A stretch of 64,000 nucleotides of DNA from a virus (taxonomy: Duplodnaviria > Caudoviricetes). Made by a program: the position numbers and the translations under genes. The number at the start of each line of letters is the position of its first letter. The first letter of the stretch is position 1. Below, piece after piece: positions 1-9,873 of the stretch. Where the stretch lies: the IMG/VR virus record IMGVR_UViG_2867134129_000001, positions 1 through 64,000 of that record; one strand, written 5' to 3'. The notes below the pieces were generated by a model. That model was not told the DNA's origin and did no database searches. It saw only the letters and a program-made list of their open reading frames with translations.

Positions 1-255
1 ATGCACCGACCCCCTACCACCTTCCAGGTGAACGCGTCGGCCATCCGTGAACGACGGAAGGCCGCAGGTCTGGAGACCTCCGAGCTGGCAGAACGCGCGG
101 GGATCAGCCGGCGCTACCTCAGTCACTTGGAAAACGGCACCCGCCAGCACATGAAGCCCGGCCCGTATACACGGCTCCGCCTAGCCCTGGGCGTGGCCGA
201 AGACGACCTCTTGACCCCACCGGAGGTCCCACCCCCGAAGGAGATACGCACATGA
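1..255 (+). CDS. XRE-family HTH regulator (Cro-like)
   Basis: IRERRKAAGLETSELAERAGISRRYLSHLENG is a typical XRE HTH; first gene of the early operon. Confidence 0.85.
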   Translation: MHRPPTTFQVNASAIRERRKAAGLETSELAERAGISRRYLSHLENGTRQHMKPGPYTRLRLALGVAEDDLLTPPEVPPPKEIRT

Positions 256-506
256 CCGGCAGCAAGTACGAGCTGTACGGCCGACCGGAGAAGCCTGCCG
301 ACGTGAACCAGGAGTTCATGACCGTGCAGGAGACGGCATACGTCCTCGGTTGCAGCGTCCCCACCGTGCGCCGCCGGCTGAAGGCCCTCGGCATCAAGGC
401 GGCAGTTGGCCGTCGCATCAAGACAAGCAAGCAGGACCGGCTTGACATCCACAACGCCTCCCGCGAGACGCCGCAGAAGCGTCACCGTCTCGCCGCCGCT
501 GCCTGA
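252..506 (+). CDS. Excisionase-like / MerR-type HTH DNA-binding protein
   Basis: FMTVQETAYVLGCSVPTVRRR HTH_17-like motif; ATGA overlap with upstream gene. Confidence 0.7.
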   Translation: MTGSKYELYGRPEKPADVNQEFMTVQETAYVLGCSVPTVRRRLKALGIKAAVGRRIKTSKQDRLDIHNASRETPQKRHRLAAAA

Positions 507-593
507 GCAGCTGTGAGGCCGCCCCCGTAACGACCAAGTCCGGGGACGACCTCTGAGACCCACCCTCACCGTTCATGACGAAAGGCGGGCCCC

Positions 594-1244
594 GTGTCCG
601 ACATCCAATCATCCCCTGAGGCTGCTGCGGCAGACCGCTTCGCCTCCGAGACTTCGAACCACACCATGACGGTCCTGCACGAGGACGGCCTGTACCGGCA
701 CCTCGTCTTCGCGGACCCGAAGGGCGGGTTCTACCGCTTCGACCTGATCACCTGGCCGCACAACCTGATGGTGCGCGGCGACGGGTTCAGCTTCGCGTTC
801 TCCGTCTACCCGACGGAGGACATGTTCGACCTGTTCAAGGGGTCGAGCCACAACAGCATCAACCCGGGCTACTGGCAGGAGAAGGTCACTGCTGGTCGGG
901 GCGACGTGAAGTCCTGGTCCGAGGACTTGTTCCGCGCCTGGCTGGCAGGAGAGGCGGCTGCGCACGAGGCCCGCTTCCCGGGGGCGGTTGAGGCGGTCGC
1001 AGCACAGATCCTGAACAGCGACGACCACAACCTGGAGTACCAGGGCACGGCGAAGTACGCGGTGGCCTCGTTCAGCTTCGGTGACTTCCGCCTGCGGATT
1101 CCGGCGGAGTGGGAGCTGTCATTCCAGGACTTCTCGTGGGAGTTCCTGTTCGCCTGCCACGCGGTCATCTGGGGGATCCGGCAGTACGACGCATCCCGCA
1201 AGGCGGCCTCCGCCCCGTCGCAGCGTGAGGCAGGTGCGCTGTGA
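594..1244 (+). CDS. Conserved phage hypothetical protein
   Basis: GC3-rich codon usage, RBS; HTMTVLHEDGLYRHL..YRFDLITWP N-terminus resembles a common phage early protein. Confidence 0.75.
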   Translation: MSDIQSSPEAAAADRFASETSNHTMTVLHEDGLYRHLVFADPKGGFYRFDLITWPHNLMVRGDGFSFAFSVYPTEDMFDLFKGSSHNSINPGYWQEKVTAGRGDVKSWSEDLFRAWLAGEAAAHEARFPGAVEAVAAQILNSDDHNLEYQGTAKYAVASFSFGDFRLRIPAEWELSFQDFSWEFLFACHAVIWGIRQYDASRKAASAPSQREAGAL

Positions 1245-1786
1245 GCGCCGCAGCCCGCATCGACCGGGAGACCACCGAGCACCTGGCAGCGCTGGCCGCC
1301 GCCCCGTACATCCCCGAGCTTCACGCTGACGGCTGCGACGACAAGACCTGCGTTCGCTGCTGGGTGCTGACCCCGTCGAACCTGTACAGCGTCGACACCT
1401 GGCTCGACAACGCCGGCGTCTTCGCCAAGCAGTTCTGGGAGTACATCGACGGCGAAAACATCGTCACCGGCCTCCGGATCGGCCACGGCGCGAGCCGGGT
1501 CGTCGCGAAGTTCGGCAACACGATCGTCCGCCACTACGGCGGCAAGCACTCGGTCCGCCCCACGCAGGAGCCGACCGGCGAGCTGACGGCCGCCGAGTGG
1601 AACGCCAAGCACCCGGTCGGTACGCGGGTGAAGGCGTACCCGGGGGTGCACGGCGAGGACGGGTTCGTGACCTGGACGACGAGCCGAGCGTGGACGGCCC
1701 ACGGCCACACCCCCGTCGCGCTGGTCGAGAACTACTCCGGCCACATCAAGCTCACGCACCTGGACCCGATCGAGGTGACGTCGTGA
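1241..1786 (+). CDS. Phage hypothetical protein
   Basis: GTGA-coupled; C-terminal WNAKHPVGTRV SH3-like phage module. Confidence 0.7.
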   Translation: MSAAARIDRETTEHLAALAAAPYIPELHADGCDDKTCVRCWVLTPSNLYSVDTWLDNAGVFAKQFWEYIDGENIVTGLRIGHGASRVVAKFGNTIVRHYGGKHSVRPTQEPTGELTAAEWNAKHPVGTRVKAYPGVHGEDGFVTWTTSRAWTAHGHTPVALVENYSGHIKLTHLDPIEVTS

Positions 1787-2049
1787 CCGCCGCCGACCTG
1801 TCCCGTGTGGACGTGTCCACCGAGGAGCGGATCCGCCGTATCGACGAGCTGACCGCTCTGAAGCGGGCCCGGTTCGCGGTCGGCATGGCCGCCGAGGAAC
1901 GCCACCAGTGCGACTCCGACGACAGCCGCTTCGCCCTGCTTCCGTGCCCGCACCCCGAGGCGTGCTCCACCGCAGCCGACTACCCGGGCTTCGACGCCTG
2001 GATCACCCAGCAGCAGAACCTCAACACCGCAGCCCGGAGGACCCGATGA
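1783..2049 (+). CDS. Phage hypothetical protein
   Basis: GTGA overlap start (VTAADLSRVD). Confidence 0.6.
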   Translation: MTAADLSRVDVSTEERIRRIDELTALKRARFAVGMAAEERHQCDSDDSRFALLPCPHPEACSTAADYPGFDAWITQQQNLNTAARRTR

Positions 2050-2381
2050 ACGCCGACCGCACCGAGTACATCGCCGGACTCCGGCAGCTCGCGACCTGGC
2101 TGGAGGAGAACCCGTCCGTCCGGGTCAGCAGCGACGAACGGTTCCTCGTTCCTCTGCACACGAACACGGCGGTCGAGGAGTTCGCGGCGGAGCACAGCCT
2201 GCCCGTGGTCATGGACGACGAGGGCAACAAGTCGGCTCAGATGCAGTTCGGGCCGATCACGTACTACGCCTACGGCTACGTCGACTTCGCCCAGCACACG
2301 GCGGAGATGGACGAGCGCAGGGCCCGCAAGTGGGCCGACGAGCAGGGCATGGAGCTGCGCGAGACGGAGGCGACGGCATGA
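2046..2381 (+). CDS. Phage hypothetical protein
   Basis: GGAGG RBS, ATGA overlap, MNADRTEYIAGLRQLATWLEENP. Confidence 0.7.
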   Translation: MNADRTEYIAGLRQLATWLEENPSVRVSSDERFLVPLHTNTAVEEFAAEHSLPVVMDDEGNKSAQMQFGPITYYAYGYVDFAQHTAEMDERRARKWADEQGMELRETEATA

Positions 2382-2644
2382 AGACCTTCAACCTCTCCTG
2401 GGGCGACCGTCCGATCCAGCTGGAGAACGAGAACGGCCACACGTTCCTCCGTCTCGGTGCTGAGCTGCGGGTCGACGTGACGGACACCTCCCTGGACCAG
2501 CTCAACCGGCTAGCCCAGGTCGCAGCGGACCTGGCGGACGTCAGGCGAGACCGGATCCGGGCCACCCAGGTCGCCGACGAGGTCGCCGCCGAGGACGGGT
2601 ACCGGTTCGTCGGTGTCCCCTACCAGCGGCAGGCAGCAGCGTGA
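2378..2644 (+). CDS. Phage hypothetical protein
   Basis: ATGA-coupled start MKTFNLSWGD. Confidence 0.6.
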   Translation: MKTFNLSWGDRPIQLENENGHTFLRLGAELRVDVTDTSLDQLNRLAQVAADLADVRRDRIRATQVADEVAAEDGYRFVGVPYQRQAAA

Positions 2645-2835
2645 CGCCGCGCACGGAGACCGTGACCGTCTCCCACTACCTGTGCGACACCCCGCCCGTC
2701 ATCACCGGCGCGGTCGCGGAGTCCCTTGTTCGGTCGCTGCGACTCGTCGACCCCGACTACCAGGACACGGTCGGCGCCGGCTACGTCGAAACGCTCGAAG
2801 AGTTCGCCATCCGCATCAGCAGGGGCGGTGCCTGA
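2641..2835 (+). CDS. Phage hypothetical protein
   Basis: GTGA-coupled small ORF. Confidence 0.55.
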   Translation: MTPRTETVTVSHYLCDTPPVITGAVAESLVRSLRLVDPDYQDTVGAGYVETLEEFAIRISRGGA

Positions 2836-3065
2836 TGCGGACTGCTTGGGACGACCACGAGGCAGCCGGCCGATACCTGTCCGCCGCAGAGGAAGCCCGA
2901 CTGATCGTGAACCTCGGCCGGTTCAGGGCGAACCAGGCCCGCCGCCACCCGTCCGGCTGCAAGTGCAGCCCCTGCCGCATCCGGATCGTGTCGGAGCGTC
3001 GCGCACGAGCCGCCGAAGCGGCCTCCAGGTATCTCGCCACCATCACCCCTGAGGGAATCCGATGA
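2835..3065 (+). CDS. Phage hypothetical protein (HxxxCxCxxC motif)
   Basis: TGATG-coupled start MRTAWDDHE. Confidence 0.55.
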   Translation: MRTAWDDHEAAGRYLSAAEEARLIVNLGRFRANQARRHPSGCKCSPCRIRIVSERRARAAEAASRYLATITPEGIR

Positions 3066-3511
3066 GTCTCCACCTTGGCATACGCCGCCCCCGCAAGCAC
3101 CGGGCTGCTGACGCCGTCGCCCAGCTGCGGGACGAAAACCGCCGGCTTCTCACCCAGGTCGTGGGTGCCGGTGACGCCATCGCCACCCTGGAGCACCAGT
3201 TGGCCGACGTCCGGGCCATGCGGGCTGAGGCCGAGCAGGTTGTCGTGTGCCTCGACGCCGATCTGGGGGAGCGGACCGAGGAGCGCGACCGGGCTCTCGC
3301 TGAGGTCGACCGGCTGCAGGCCCTCCTCGCCCCGTTCCTGGCGGCGGAGGCGAACGCCAACGCAATCACCGTCCCGGCCTCCATTCGCGACACCGCGAAG
3401 TTCGAGGACCAGGCGACCGCCCCGATCGACGTCCGCCCCCTGTGGGAGGCGATCGGCCCGTTGGTCCGCACCGAGGGCAGCACCAACCCGGCGCACCTGC
3501 CCGCCGCCTGA
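3062..3511 (+). CDS. Phage coiled-coil hypothetical protein
   Basis: RBS GAGGGA; heptad-rich central region. Confidence 0.65.
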   Translation: MSLHLGIRRPRKHRAADAVAQLRDENRRLLTQVVGAGDAIATLEHQLADVRAMRAEAEQVVVCLDADLGERTEERDRALAEVDRLQALLAPFLAAEANANAITVPASIRDTAKFEDQATAPIDVRPLWEAIGPLVRTEGSTNPAHLPAA

Positions 3512-3577
3512 ACCCGCCGGGCCGCGCGGATGACACCGGCCCCCGGCCCGGCGCCCAACACCTTGAGGAGCCCCCTC

Positions 3578-3913
3578 GTGAACGCGTCCACCCACGAACT
3601 GCACGTCCCCACCTACGCCCGGCCCGTACTCGTACAGGCCACCGAGCCGCACCCCGGCCTGCACGTCTACCCGACCCCCGACGAGATCGCCGACCCCGGC
3701 GACACCTACGTCTGGCGGCTCGGCCACCACTCTGGCCACGTCATCGCGAAGTTCGAGCAGCGGACCCAAGCGGAGGACGCCGCCCGCGCCCTGGGCCGGG
3801 TCGCCGACTGGACCCGTCCGGCCGCCGGCATCCGGTCCGACGTCGACCCCGAGGACGTCTTCGACGCGCTGGGCGAGTTCCCCTGCCTGTTCATTACCGA
3901 CCAAGCCAGCTAG
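3578..3913 (+). CDS. Phage hypothetical protein
   Basis: GAGGAG RBS before GTG at 3578. Confidence 0.6.
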   Translation: MNASTHELHVPTYARPVLVQATEPHPGLHVYPTPDEIADPGDTYVWRLGHHSGHVIAKFEQRTQAEDAARALGRVADWTRPAAGIRSDVDPEDVFDALGEFPCLFITDQAS

Positions 3914-3987
3914 TCCGCCTCATGCGAACGCCCCCGCCGAGGCGAATTCGGCGGGGGCACCCAACCCCATCATCCCAGGAGGACCCC

Positions 3988-4386
3988 ATGACCGAGAAGC
4001 CGTACACCAACGAAGACCTCCGCGCCGAAGCCACCCGCCAGCACGCAGCCCTCACCAAGGACCCGGACTTCATGGGCGTCGGCGAGCAGATGGAGGGGCG
4101 AGATGTCGTTCCCGACGGCGGGGTCGCATGGAACGACTTCAGCGACGAGACCCACGAAGCGGCGCAGCGCAGCATCCACGGCCTGATCAGCGGTGCAGCC
4201 GACGTATCCAAGTGGGCGGTCAACCTCGGCGCGGACGGGCTAGAGCCGGTCGGCCTCATCCTCAACATCAACGACTCCGTCGGCGAGCACCGCGTCCGGC
4301 TCCACTTCGCGTTCGCCCCCGACATGGACAAGGCGACCCGCAACAAAGTAATCGACCTCGTCGCTGACGCAATCCGCCGCACCTGA
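3988..4386 (+). CDS. Phage hypothetical protein
   Basis: AGGAGG RBS; MTEKPYTNEDLRAEA. Confidence 0.7.
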   Translation: MTEKPYTNEDLRAEATRQHAALTKDPDFMGVGEQMEGRDVVPDGGVAWNDFSDETHEAAQRSIHGLISGAADVSKWAVNLGADGLEPVGLILNINDSVGEHRVRLHFAFAPDMDKATRNKVIDLVADAIRRT

Positions 4387-4496
4387 CCCACCGACCGGCA
4401 GGCGTCTGAGCCCGGCTCCGTCTGCCCGCTGCGGGCCGCCAACCCTCCTGGCGGCCCGCAGCAACCCCGAACCGAACCACCACGAACGGACACCAC

Positions 4497-5339
4497 GTGA
4501 CCAACCCACGCCTCGCCACCGACACCGACAACGGCCGGTACTACACCGACCCCGCCGGCGGCCCCGCACTCATCTCCGTCACCAACGTCCTCGCCACCGC
4601 CGTCGCCAAACACGCCCTCATCCCGTGGGCCGTCAAGCTCACCACCGAACACATCCTCGACAACCTCACCGAGGTCAACGACCGCATCGACGACGACCGG
4701 CCCGCCCTCACCCGGGAGATCAAGGCCGTCCACCGCCAGGTCAAGGAAACCGCTGGCGACCTCGGCGACCGCATCCACACCGCGGCCGAACACCACCTCC
4801 TCGGCTCGCCCGTCGCGGACGACCCCGAGGTCGCCCCGTACCTGGCCCAACTCGTCCTCTGGCTGGCCATGTGGGGCGTCGACCTCAACGAGCACATCGA
4901 AGCCACCGAGATCACCGTGTTCCACCGCCGGCTGGGCTATGCCGGAACCGCTGACCTTCTGATCTGGCTGCCCACAGGGCCGGACCGGTCGATGGAGCTG
5001 TGGCTCATCGACTTCAAGACGTCCGCCACCCGCAGCGCAAAGAGCGTCTACCCGGAGAACACTCTCCAGCTCGCCGCCCTTCGGTACGCGGAGACCGTTC
5101 TCCTCCCCGACGACACCGACGCCCCCATGCCTGCCATCCAGCGCACCGGCGTCCTCAACCTCAGGGCCAAGTCTCACGCCCTCGTCGAGATGCCCGCCGG
5201 CCGGGACGCGCACGCCGCGTTCCGTGGCCTCCTCCAGGGCGCCCGGTGGCTGCACGACGCACCGTCCACCTACCCCGCACTCCTCGCCCCGGGCCAGACC
5301 GCCCCGGCTCGTAGGCGCACAACCCGAAAGGCAACCTGA
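4497..5339 (+). CDS. PD-(D/E)XK (RecB/Cas4-like) phage exonuclease
   Basis: ISVTNVL, GDRIH, ATEITVF..YAGTADL, LIDFKTS, LQLAALRYA motifs. Confidence 0.85.
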   Translation: MTNPRLATDTDNGRYYTDPAGGPALISVTNVLATAVAKHALIPWAVKLTTEHILDNLTEVNDRIDDDRPALTREIKAVHRQVKETAGDLGDRIHTAAEHHLLGSPVADDPEVAPYLAQLVLWLAMWGVDLNEHIEATEITVFHRRLGYAGTADLLIWLPTGPDRSMELWLIDFKTSATRSAKSVYPENTLQLAALRYAETVLLPDDTDAPMPAIQRTGVLNLRAKSHALVEMPAGRDAHAAFRGLLQGARWLHDAPSTYPALLAPGQTAPARRRTTRKAT

Positions 5340-5340
5340 C

Positions 5341-6375
5341 ATGGGTAGCCGCATCCGAACCATGCAGAAGCAGGCCCGCGAACTGGGCCGTCTCCGTACC
5401 GGCTACAGCGTCCCGAGCGACGACCCGAAGAAGCGCGACCGCCCCGTGAAGTCGAAGACGTGGGTGCTCAGCAGCCACGCCGAGCACTACGTGGCCGCCG
5501 CCGCCGAGGCATGGGGCGGGGAGGTGGAGCGCTGGCAGCCGCAGGGCAATGGCGCCCCCCAGTTTCGTGTCATCACCAAGGCCGAGCAGCTCGACGCGAT
5601 CCTTCCCCCGGGTGACCCGCTGTCGCAGGCCAACGAAATGTGGAACAAGGGCGGCTGCGCCCGCCGCTGCGACGGGATGACGGAACAGATCAGCCGCCAC
5701 CCCTGCCTCTGCCTCGCCGAGCACGGCCCCGAGTGGCACCTCCTGCGGCAGGAACTGCGCACCAAGGACAAGGTCTGCGCGCCTACCTCCCGCCTCAACG
5801 TCGTGCTGCCGGACATGCCGGACGTCGGTGTCTGGCGAGTCGAGACGCACTCGTTCTACGCAGCCAACGAACTCGCGGGCACTGTCGACATGGTGCTGTC
5901 CGGCTCCGGCGGCAAGGGCTTGGTCCCGGTCCTCCTCCGCATCGAACCAAGGACGCGCGTTGCTGGGGGGAAGACGAAGCACTTTCCCGTGGTCGTCGTG
6001 GAGGTGCGCGGCGTCACTACCCGGCAGGCCCTTACCGGTCCGCTGCCGACCGCGGTTGCTTTGGACCCGACCGGGGCCCGCGCGGTCGCTGCGATCGAGG
6101 CGCCACGCCCGGACTACCTGGCGCTGGCCGAGGGCGCGCTCACGGTCGACGACGTGCAGGACGTGTACCGCAACGCCAATGCTGCGGGCCACCTGAACGA
6201 CGACCTCGTGGCCGCGCTGAAGCGGAAGGCCGAGGAGCTGAAGAACCCGGCCCCGAAGCCCAACCCGAAGCCTGACCCGGAGCCAGACGAGGACGGCGCC
6301 TACCCCGCTGAAGTCGTCGAAGAGCCGCCATCCAGCACCTGGCCGGCCGTCGCACAGGCCGGATCCGCCACCTAG
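5341..6375 (+). CDS. Gp3-like / recombination-directionality-factor-like protein (sits in the recombinase slot)
   Basis: MQKQARELGRLRTG N-terminus, CARRCDG and CxPTSRLNVVLPD..GVWRVETHS motifs. Confidence 0.7.
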   Translation: MGSRIRTMQKQARELGRLRTGYSVPSDDPKKRDRPVKSKTWVLSSHAEHYVAAAAEAWGGEVERWQPQGNGAPQFRVITKAEQLDAILPPGDPLSQANEMWNKGGCARRCDGMTEQISRHPCLCLAEHGPEWHLLRQELRTKDKVCAPTSRLNVVLPDMPDVGVWRVETHSFYAANELAGTVDMVLSGSGGKGLVPVLLRIEPRTRVAGGKTKHFPVVVVEVRGVTTRQALTGPLPTAVALDPTGARAVAAIEAPRPDYLALAEGALTVDDVQDVYRNANAAGHLNDDLVAALKRKAEELKNPAPKPNPKPDPEPDEDGAYPAEVVEEPPSSTWPAVAQAGSAT

Positions 6376-6446
6376 ATCAAACGACTCGCGGGGCTGTCCG
6401 CACCCGTAATGCGGACAGCCCCGCCGAACCCAGGAGAACACAGAAC

Positions 6447-7151
6447 ATGACCTGGCACCTCAGCCGCATGGCCGGCTTCGATATCGAATCGACGGGCATC
6501 GACGTCGAGACCGCCCGCATCGTTACCGCCTGCATCGTCCAGGTCGGCGGCCAGCAGCCCACCACCACGGCGAACTGGCTGACCGACGTTGACGGCGAAG
6601 AGATCCCCGCCGGGGCCGCCGCGGTCCACGGGATCAGCACCGAGAAGGCCCACGCCGAGGGTGTCGATCTGCGACTGGCCGTGGAGGAGATCCTCGGCGC
6701 CCTTACCCAGGTGATCCTGTCCGGGATCCCGGTCGTCGCGATGAACGCCCGCTACGACCTGACCCTCCTGGACCGGGAAGCGCAGCGATACGGCTTCCAG
6801 CCTCTCACTGAAGCCGTCGTGATCGACCCCTACGTCATCGACAAGCAGGTCGATACCTACCGGCCCGGGAAGCGGACCCTGACCGCCCTGTGCGAGCACT
6901 ACGACGTCCGTCTCGACGCCGCCCACAGTGCCGACGCCGACGCGGTCGCCGCATGCCGGGTCGCATGGCGGCAGGCAACCCGGTACCCGCAGCTCGCCGC
7001 CATGACCCTCGACGAGCTGCACACCGCGCAGGTCGGGTGGGCCGCCGAACAGGTCGCTTCGCTCCAGGAGCACTTCCGCAAGACCCGGCCCGACGCCGTC
7101 GTCGAAGGCGCCTGGCCGCTCATCCCCAGGCAGAAGGAGATGACCTCGTGA
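6447..7151 (+). CDS. DnaQ-like (DEDDh) 3'-5' exonuclease
   Basis: GFDIESTG, MNARYD, AHSADADA motifs. Confidence 0.9.
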   Translation: MTWHLSRMAGFDIESTGIDVETARIVTACIVQVGGQQPTTTANWLTDVDGEEIPAGAAAVHGISTEKAHAEGVDLRLAVEEILGALTQVILSGIPVVAMNARYDLTLLDREAQRYGFQPLTEAVVIDPYVIDKQVDTYRPGKRTLTALCEHYDVRLDAAHSADADAVAACRVAWRQATRYPQLAAMTLDELHTAQVGWAAEQVASLQEHFRKTRPDAVVEGAWPLIPRQKEMTS

Positions 7152-7549
7152 CCACGGCCGAGTCGACGTACCTCGTCTGGTACTGCCAGTCCTGCAAGAA
7201 GTCCTGCAAGACCCAGCCCCGCTCCGAGACCGCCTGCAAGTGCACGAACCCGGTCCGCGGCATGCGGCCCACCCGGGTCACGCAGGTCCACCAGCCGAAG
7301 CCGCGCCCCCTCCACGCACTCTCCGACGAAGAGGCTCGCCTCCGGAACCTCGCCCGGAAGAAGCAGCGGGTCCGCGTGACCTACGAGGCCGAGGTGTCCG
7401 AAGCCTGGCTCTCCACCGGCATGGACGGGGTCAAGCACATCCACTTCGTGGTCACCACCCCCGACGGGCGACGCCACATTGTCAACCCCGAACTGCCCGG
7501 CCTTCACGTCGAGGCAGCACCTCCCGACGCTGAAGGGAATGCCTCGTGA
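7148..7549 (+). CDS. Phage hypothetical protein (N-terminal Cys cluster)
   Basis: GTGA-coupled; CQSC..CKC. Confidence 0.6.
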   Translation: MTTAESTYLVWYCQSCKKSCKTQPRSETACKCTNPVRGMRPTRVTQVHQPKPRPLHALSDEEARLRNLARKKQRVRVTYEAEVSEAWLSTGMDGVKHIHFVVTTPDGRRHIVNPELPGLHVEAAPPDAEGNAS

Positions 7550-7953
7550 ACAAGATCGTGAAACCGCGTGAAACATCTGACGCGACGTCGACTGTCGGCG
7601 GTGTGCTGAGCATGAAGAGCATGACGACACCGATCCAGCCCGCCCTTGATGGCAGCATCCCCGCCCCCACCCAGTCCGCCGACTACGAGACCTGGCTGGC
7701 CGCAGTCTGGCCCGCCTTCATAGCCGCCGCGGCAACCGGCCGCACCTTCACCTGCTACTCGGTGGCCGACGCCGCCAAGCTCCCCAACCCGCCCAGCCCG
7801 CAGGCGCACTGGGGACGCCTCATGACCCTCCTCCGCGACGAGGGCTACATCCGCACCGCCGGGTGGGCGTGCTCCGACCGGCCCACCACCCACCACAGCG
7901 GGGTCCGCACCTGGAAAGGCACCGCGGCGGCACGACGGGAAGCAGTCGCATGA
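7546..7953 (+). CDS. Phage hypothetical protein (start may be 7612 or 7621)
   Basis: FTCYSVA..HWGRLM..GYIR..TWKG winged-helix-like pattern. Confidence 0.6.
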   Translation: MNKIVKPRETSDATSTVGGVLSMKSMTTPIQPALDGSIPAPTQSADYETWLAAVWPAFIAAAATGRTFTCYSVADAAKLPNPPSPQAHWGRLMTLLRDEGYIRTAGWACSDRPTTHHSGVRTWKGTAAARREAVA

Positions 7954-8288
7954 GTCTCGACACGATCCTCGTCGCCGGCCAGGCCCTCGGCGCAGTCCAC
8001 GGCGCCGTCGACCAGGCCATCAACGCCGCCCTCTGCTACGGGCCCGGTGCTCTCCTCGCCGCCGCGGCGTACACCGCCTGGCGCACCGGGCAGTGGGCGG
8101 TCCGCCGCTACGACCAGTGGCTCCAGCACCAGGCCGACCGACGCGAGTACACCGCCCGCGCGTTCCGGCTCTGCCGCGTCGCCGACAACACCGACGCCGT
8201 CACGGCCATCCCCGCCGACGACCTCAACCGCTACCTCGACAACAAGCTCGCCGCCACCCCAGACCTCGCCCCGGAGGAGGGCCGATGA
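7950..8288 (+). CDS. Phage membrane-associated hypothetical protein
   Basis: ATGA-coupled, hydrophobic N-terminal half. Confidence 0.55.
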   Translation: MSLDTILVAGQALGAVHGAVDQAINAALCYGPGALLAAAAYTAWRTGQWAVRRYDQWLQHQADRREYTARAFRLCRVADNTDAVTAIPADDLNRYLDNKLAATPDLAPEEGR

Positions 8289-9142
8289 CCACCGCAATCC
8301 GCAGGGAAGCCCCGCACCACAACACCCTCACCTGCTACACCGAGTACAGCTGCCGGCTCCCCGCCTGCGTCGAACGGAAGCGGCTCTGGCAGGCCGAGTC
8401 CCGGAGGAAGCAGCGCGAAGGCGCCTGGCAGCCCTTCGTCGACGCCGCCCCCGTCCGCGCCCACCTACTCAACCTCCGCGAACACGGCATCAGCACCAAC
8501 CGGGTCGCCGCCGCAACGGGCCTCGACAAGGCCACCCTGCGCGCGTTCGTGCCCCCCACCGGAACCGGCAAGCGGCGGCCCATCCGGTACCAGACCCGCC
8601 CTGACGTCGCCGCGAAGATCCTCTCCGTAACCGCTGAGACACTCCGCGCCCACGACATCGACGGCACCGGTACCCGCCGCCGCATCCAGGCACTCGCCGC
8701 AGCCGGATGGCCCTTCAGCCGCCTCGACATCCACCTCGGCCTCTCCGCCCAGTACATCGGCGACCTCGTCCGACGCACCGAAAACGACCTCCTGGTCCGC
8801 GCCGACACTGCCGACCGAGTCGCCGAAGGGTACGAGAACCTCCGCGGACAGAAGCCATCCCGGCACGGCATCAAGCCCCACATCATCCGGCGCGCCCGCA
8901 CCCAGGCCGCGGAACGCCGTTGGCCCACCCAGAAGTACTGGGACCAGTTCCCGGGCGCCATCGACGACCCTCACTTCACCCCCGAGTACAAGGTCACCAA
9001 GGCCGACATCCTCGCCGAGGAAACCCGGTGGCTCATCCACACCGCCGGCCTCACCCGCAGCGAGGTCGCCGAGCGCCTCGGGAAGGACCGGTCGTACATC
9101 GACCGGGTTCTCAGCCAGGCCGACCTCAAGGCTGCGGCGTGA
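8285..9142 (+). CDS. Phage DNA-binding protein with multiple HTH motifs
   Basis: GTRRRIQALAAAGW motif; C-terminal LTRSEVAERLGKDRSYIDRVL HTH. Confidence 0.75.
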   Translation: MTTAIRREAPHHNTLTCYTEYSCRLPACVERKRLWQAESRRKQREGAWQPFVDAAPVRAHLLNLREHGISTNRVAAATGLDKATLRAFVPPTGTGKRRPIRYQTRPDVAAKILSVTAETLRAHDIDGTGTRRRIQALAAAGWPFSRLDIHLGLSAQYIGDLVRRTENDLLVRADTADRVAEGYENLRGQKPSRHGIKPHIIRRARTQAAERRWPTQKYWDQFPGAIDDPHFTPEYKVTKADILAEETRWLIHTAGLTRSEVAERLGKDRSYIDRVLSQADLKAAA

Positions 9143-9546
9143 TTGCCACGCGGCCCGGTGCCGCCACCCCCGCCCGCTTCTACGCGTCCACCACCGCCAC
9201 GTTCGATGGTGACCTCGACCTCATCGCGATCGAGCACGCCATGAACGGTGAGACGGTGCAGCTCACCCGCAGCGAACGTATCGAAGCCGCACGCCAACTC
9301 GATGCCAGAGGCATTCATGCGGCCGAGATCGCACGTCGGGTCGGAGTCACCAGGAACAGCGTTACCGCCTGGCGGGACAGCGGATGGGCAATCCCTGTCG
9401 AAACCGCAGAGCCCGACCCCATCGACATCGGCAACGCCACCCACGGCCGGTCCGGATACAGCAAAGGCTGCCGGTGCCGCACCTGTCGGGACGGGGCGAA
9501 CGCCGCCAGCAAGGCCGCGAAGGCAAGGAAGAGGGCAGCGGCATGA
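9139..9546 (+). CDS. HTH protein with C-terminal HG..GY..GCRC..C motif
   Basis: AAEIARRVGVTRNSVTAWR HTH; HGRSGYSKGCRCRTC. Confidence 0.7.
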   Translation: MIATRPGAATPARFYASTTATFDGDLDLIAIEHAMNGETVQLTRSERIEAARQLDARGIHAAEIARRVGVTRNSVTAWRDSGWAIPVETAEPDPIDIGNATHGRSGYSKGCRCRTCRDGANAASKAAKARKRAAA

Positions 9547-9791
9547 ACCCCACCACCAGCATCGCCCACGACACCTGGCGCGACGACGCCCTCTGCCGCC
9601 AGACGGATCCGGAGCTGTTCATGCCTGAGAAGGGCGGCACCACAGCCCCCGCGAAACGCATCTGCCTGGCCTGCCCCGTCCGCCGGGCCTGCCTCGACTA
9701 CGCGGTCGACAGCCAGCAGCGGTGGGGCATCTGGGGCGGCCTCGGCCAGAAAGAACTCCGCCGGCTCATCAACGCGCGCTCAGCCGCATGA
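9543..9791 (+). CDS. whiB: WhiB-family Fe-S transcription factor
   Basis: W...ALC..TDPELF, CLACPVRRAC, WGIWGG. Confidence 0.92.
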   Translation: MNPTTSIAHDTWRDDALCRQTDPELFMPEKGGTTAPAKRICLACPVRRACLDYAVDSQQRWGIWGGLGQKELRRLINARSAA

Positions 9792-9873
9792 CAAGGGCGG
9801 GCCACCACACGTGGCCCGCCCACACGCACAACAAAACCCCGCCATGGCGGGGGAGGGAGGAGGGGACGTGACG

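Noticed and set aside
4497-5339. Cas4 as part of a CRISPR system
   Set aside because: Lacks the Fe-S cysteines and any cas context; an ordinary phage exonuclease
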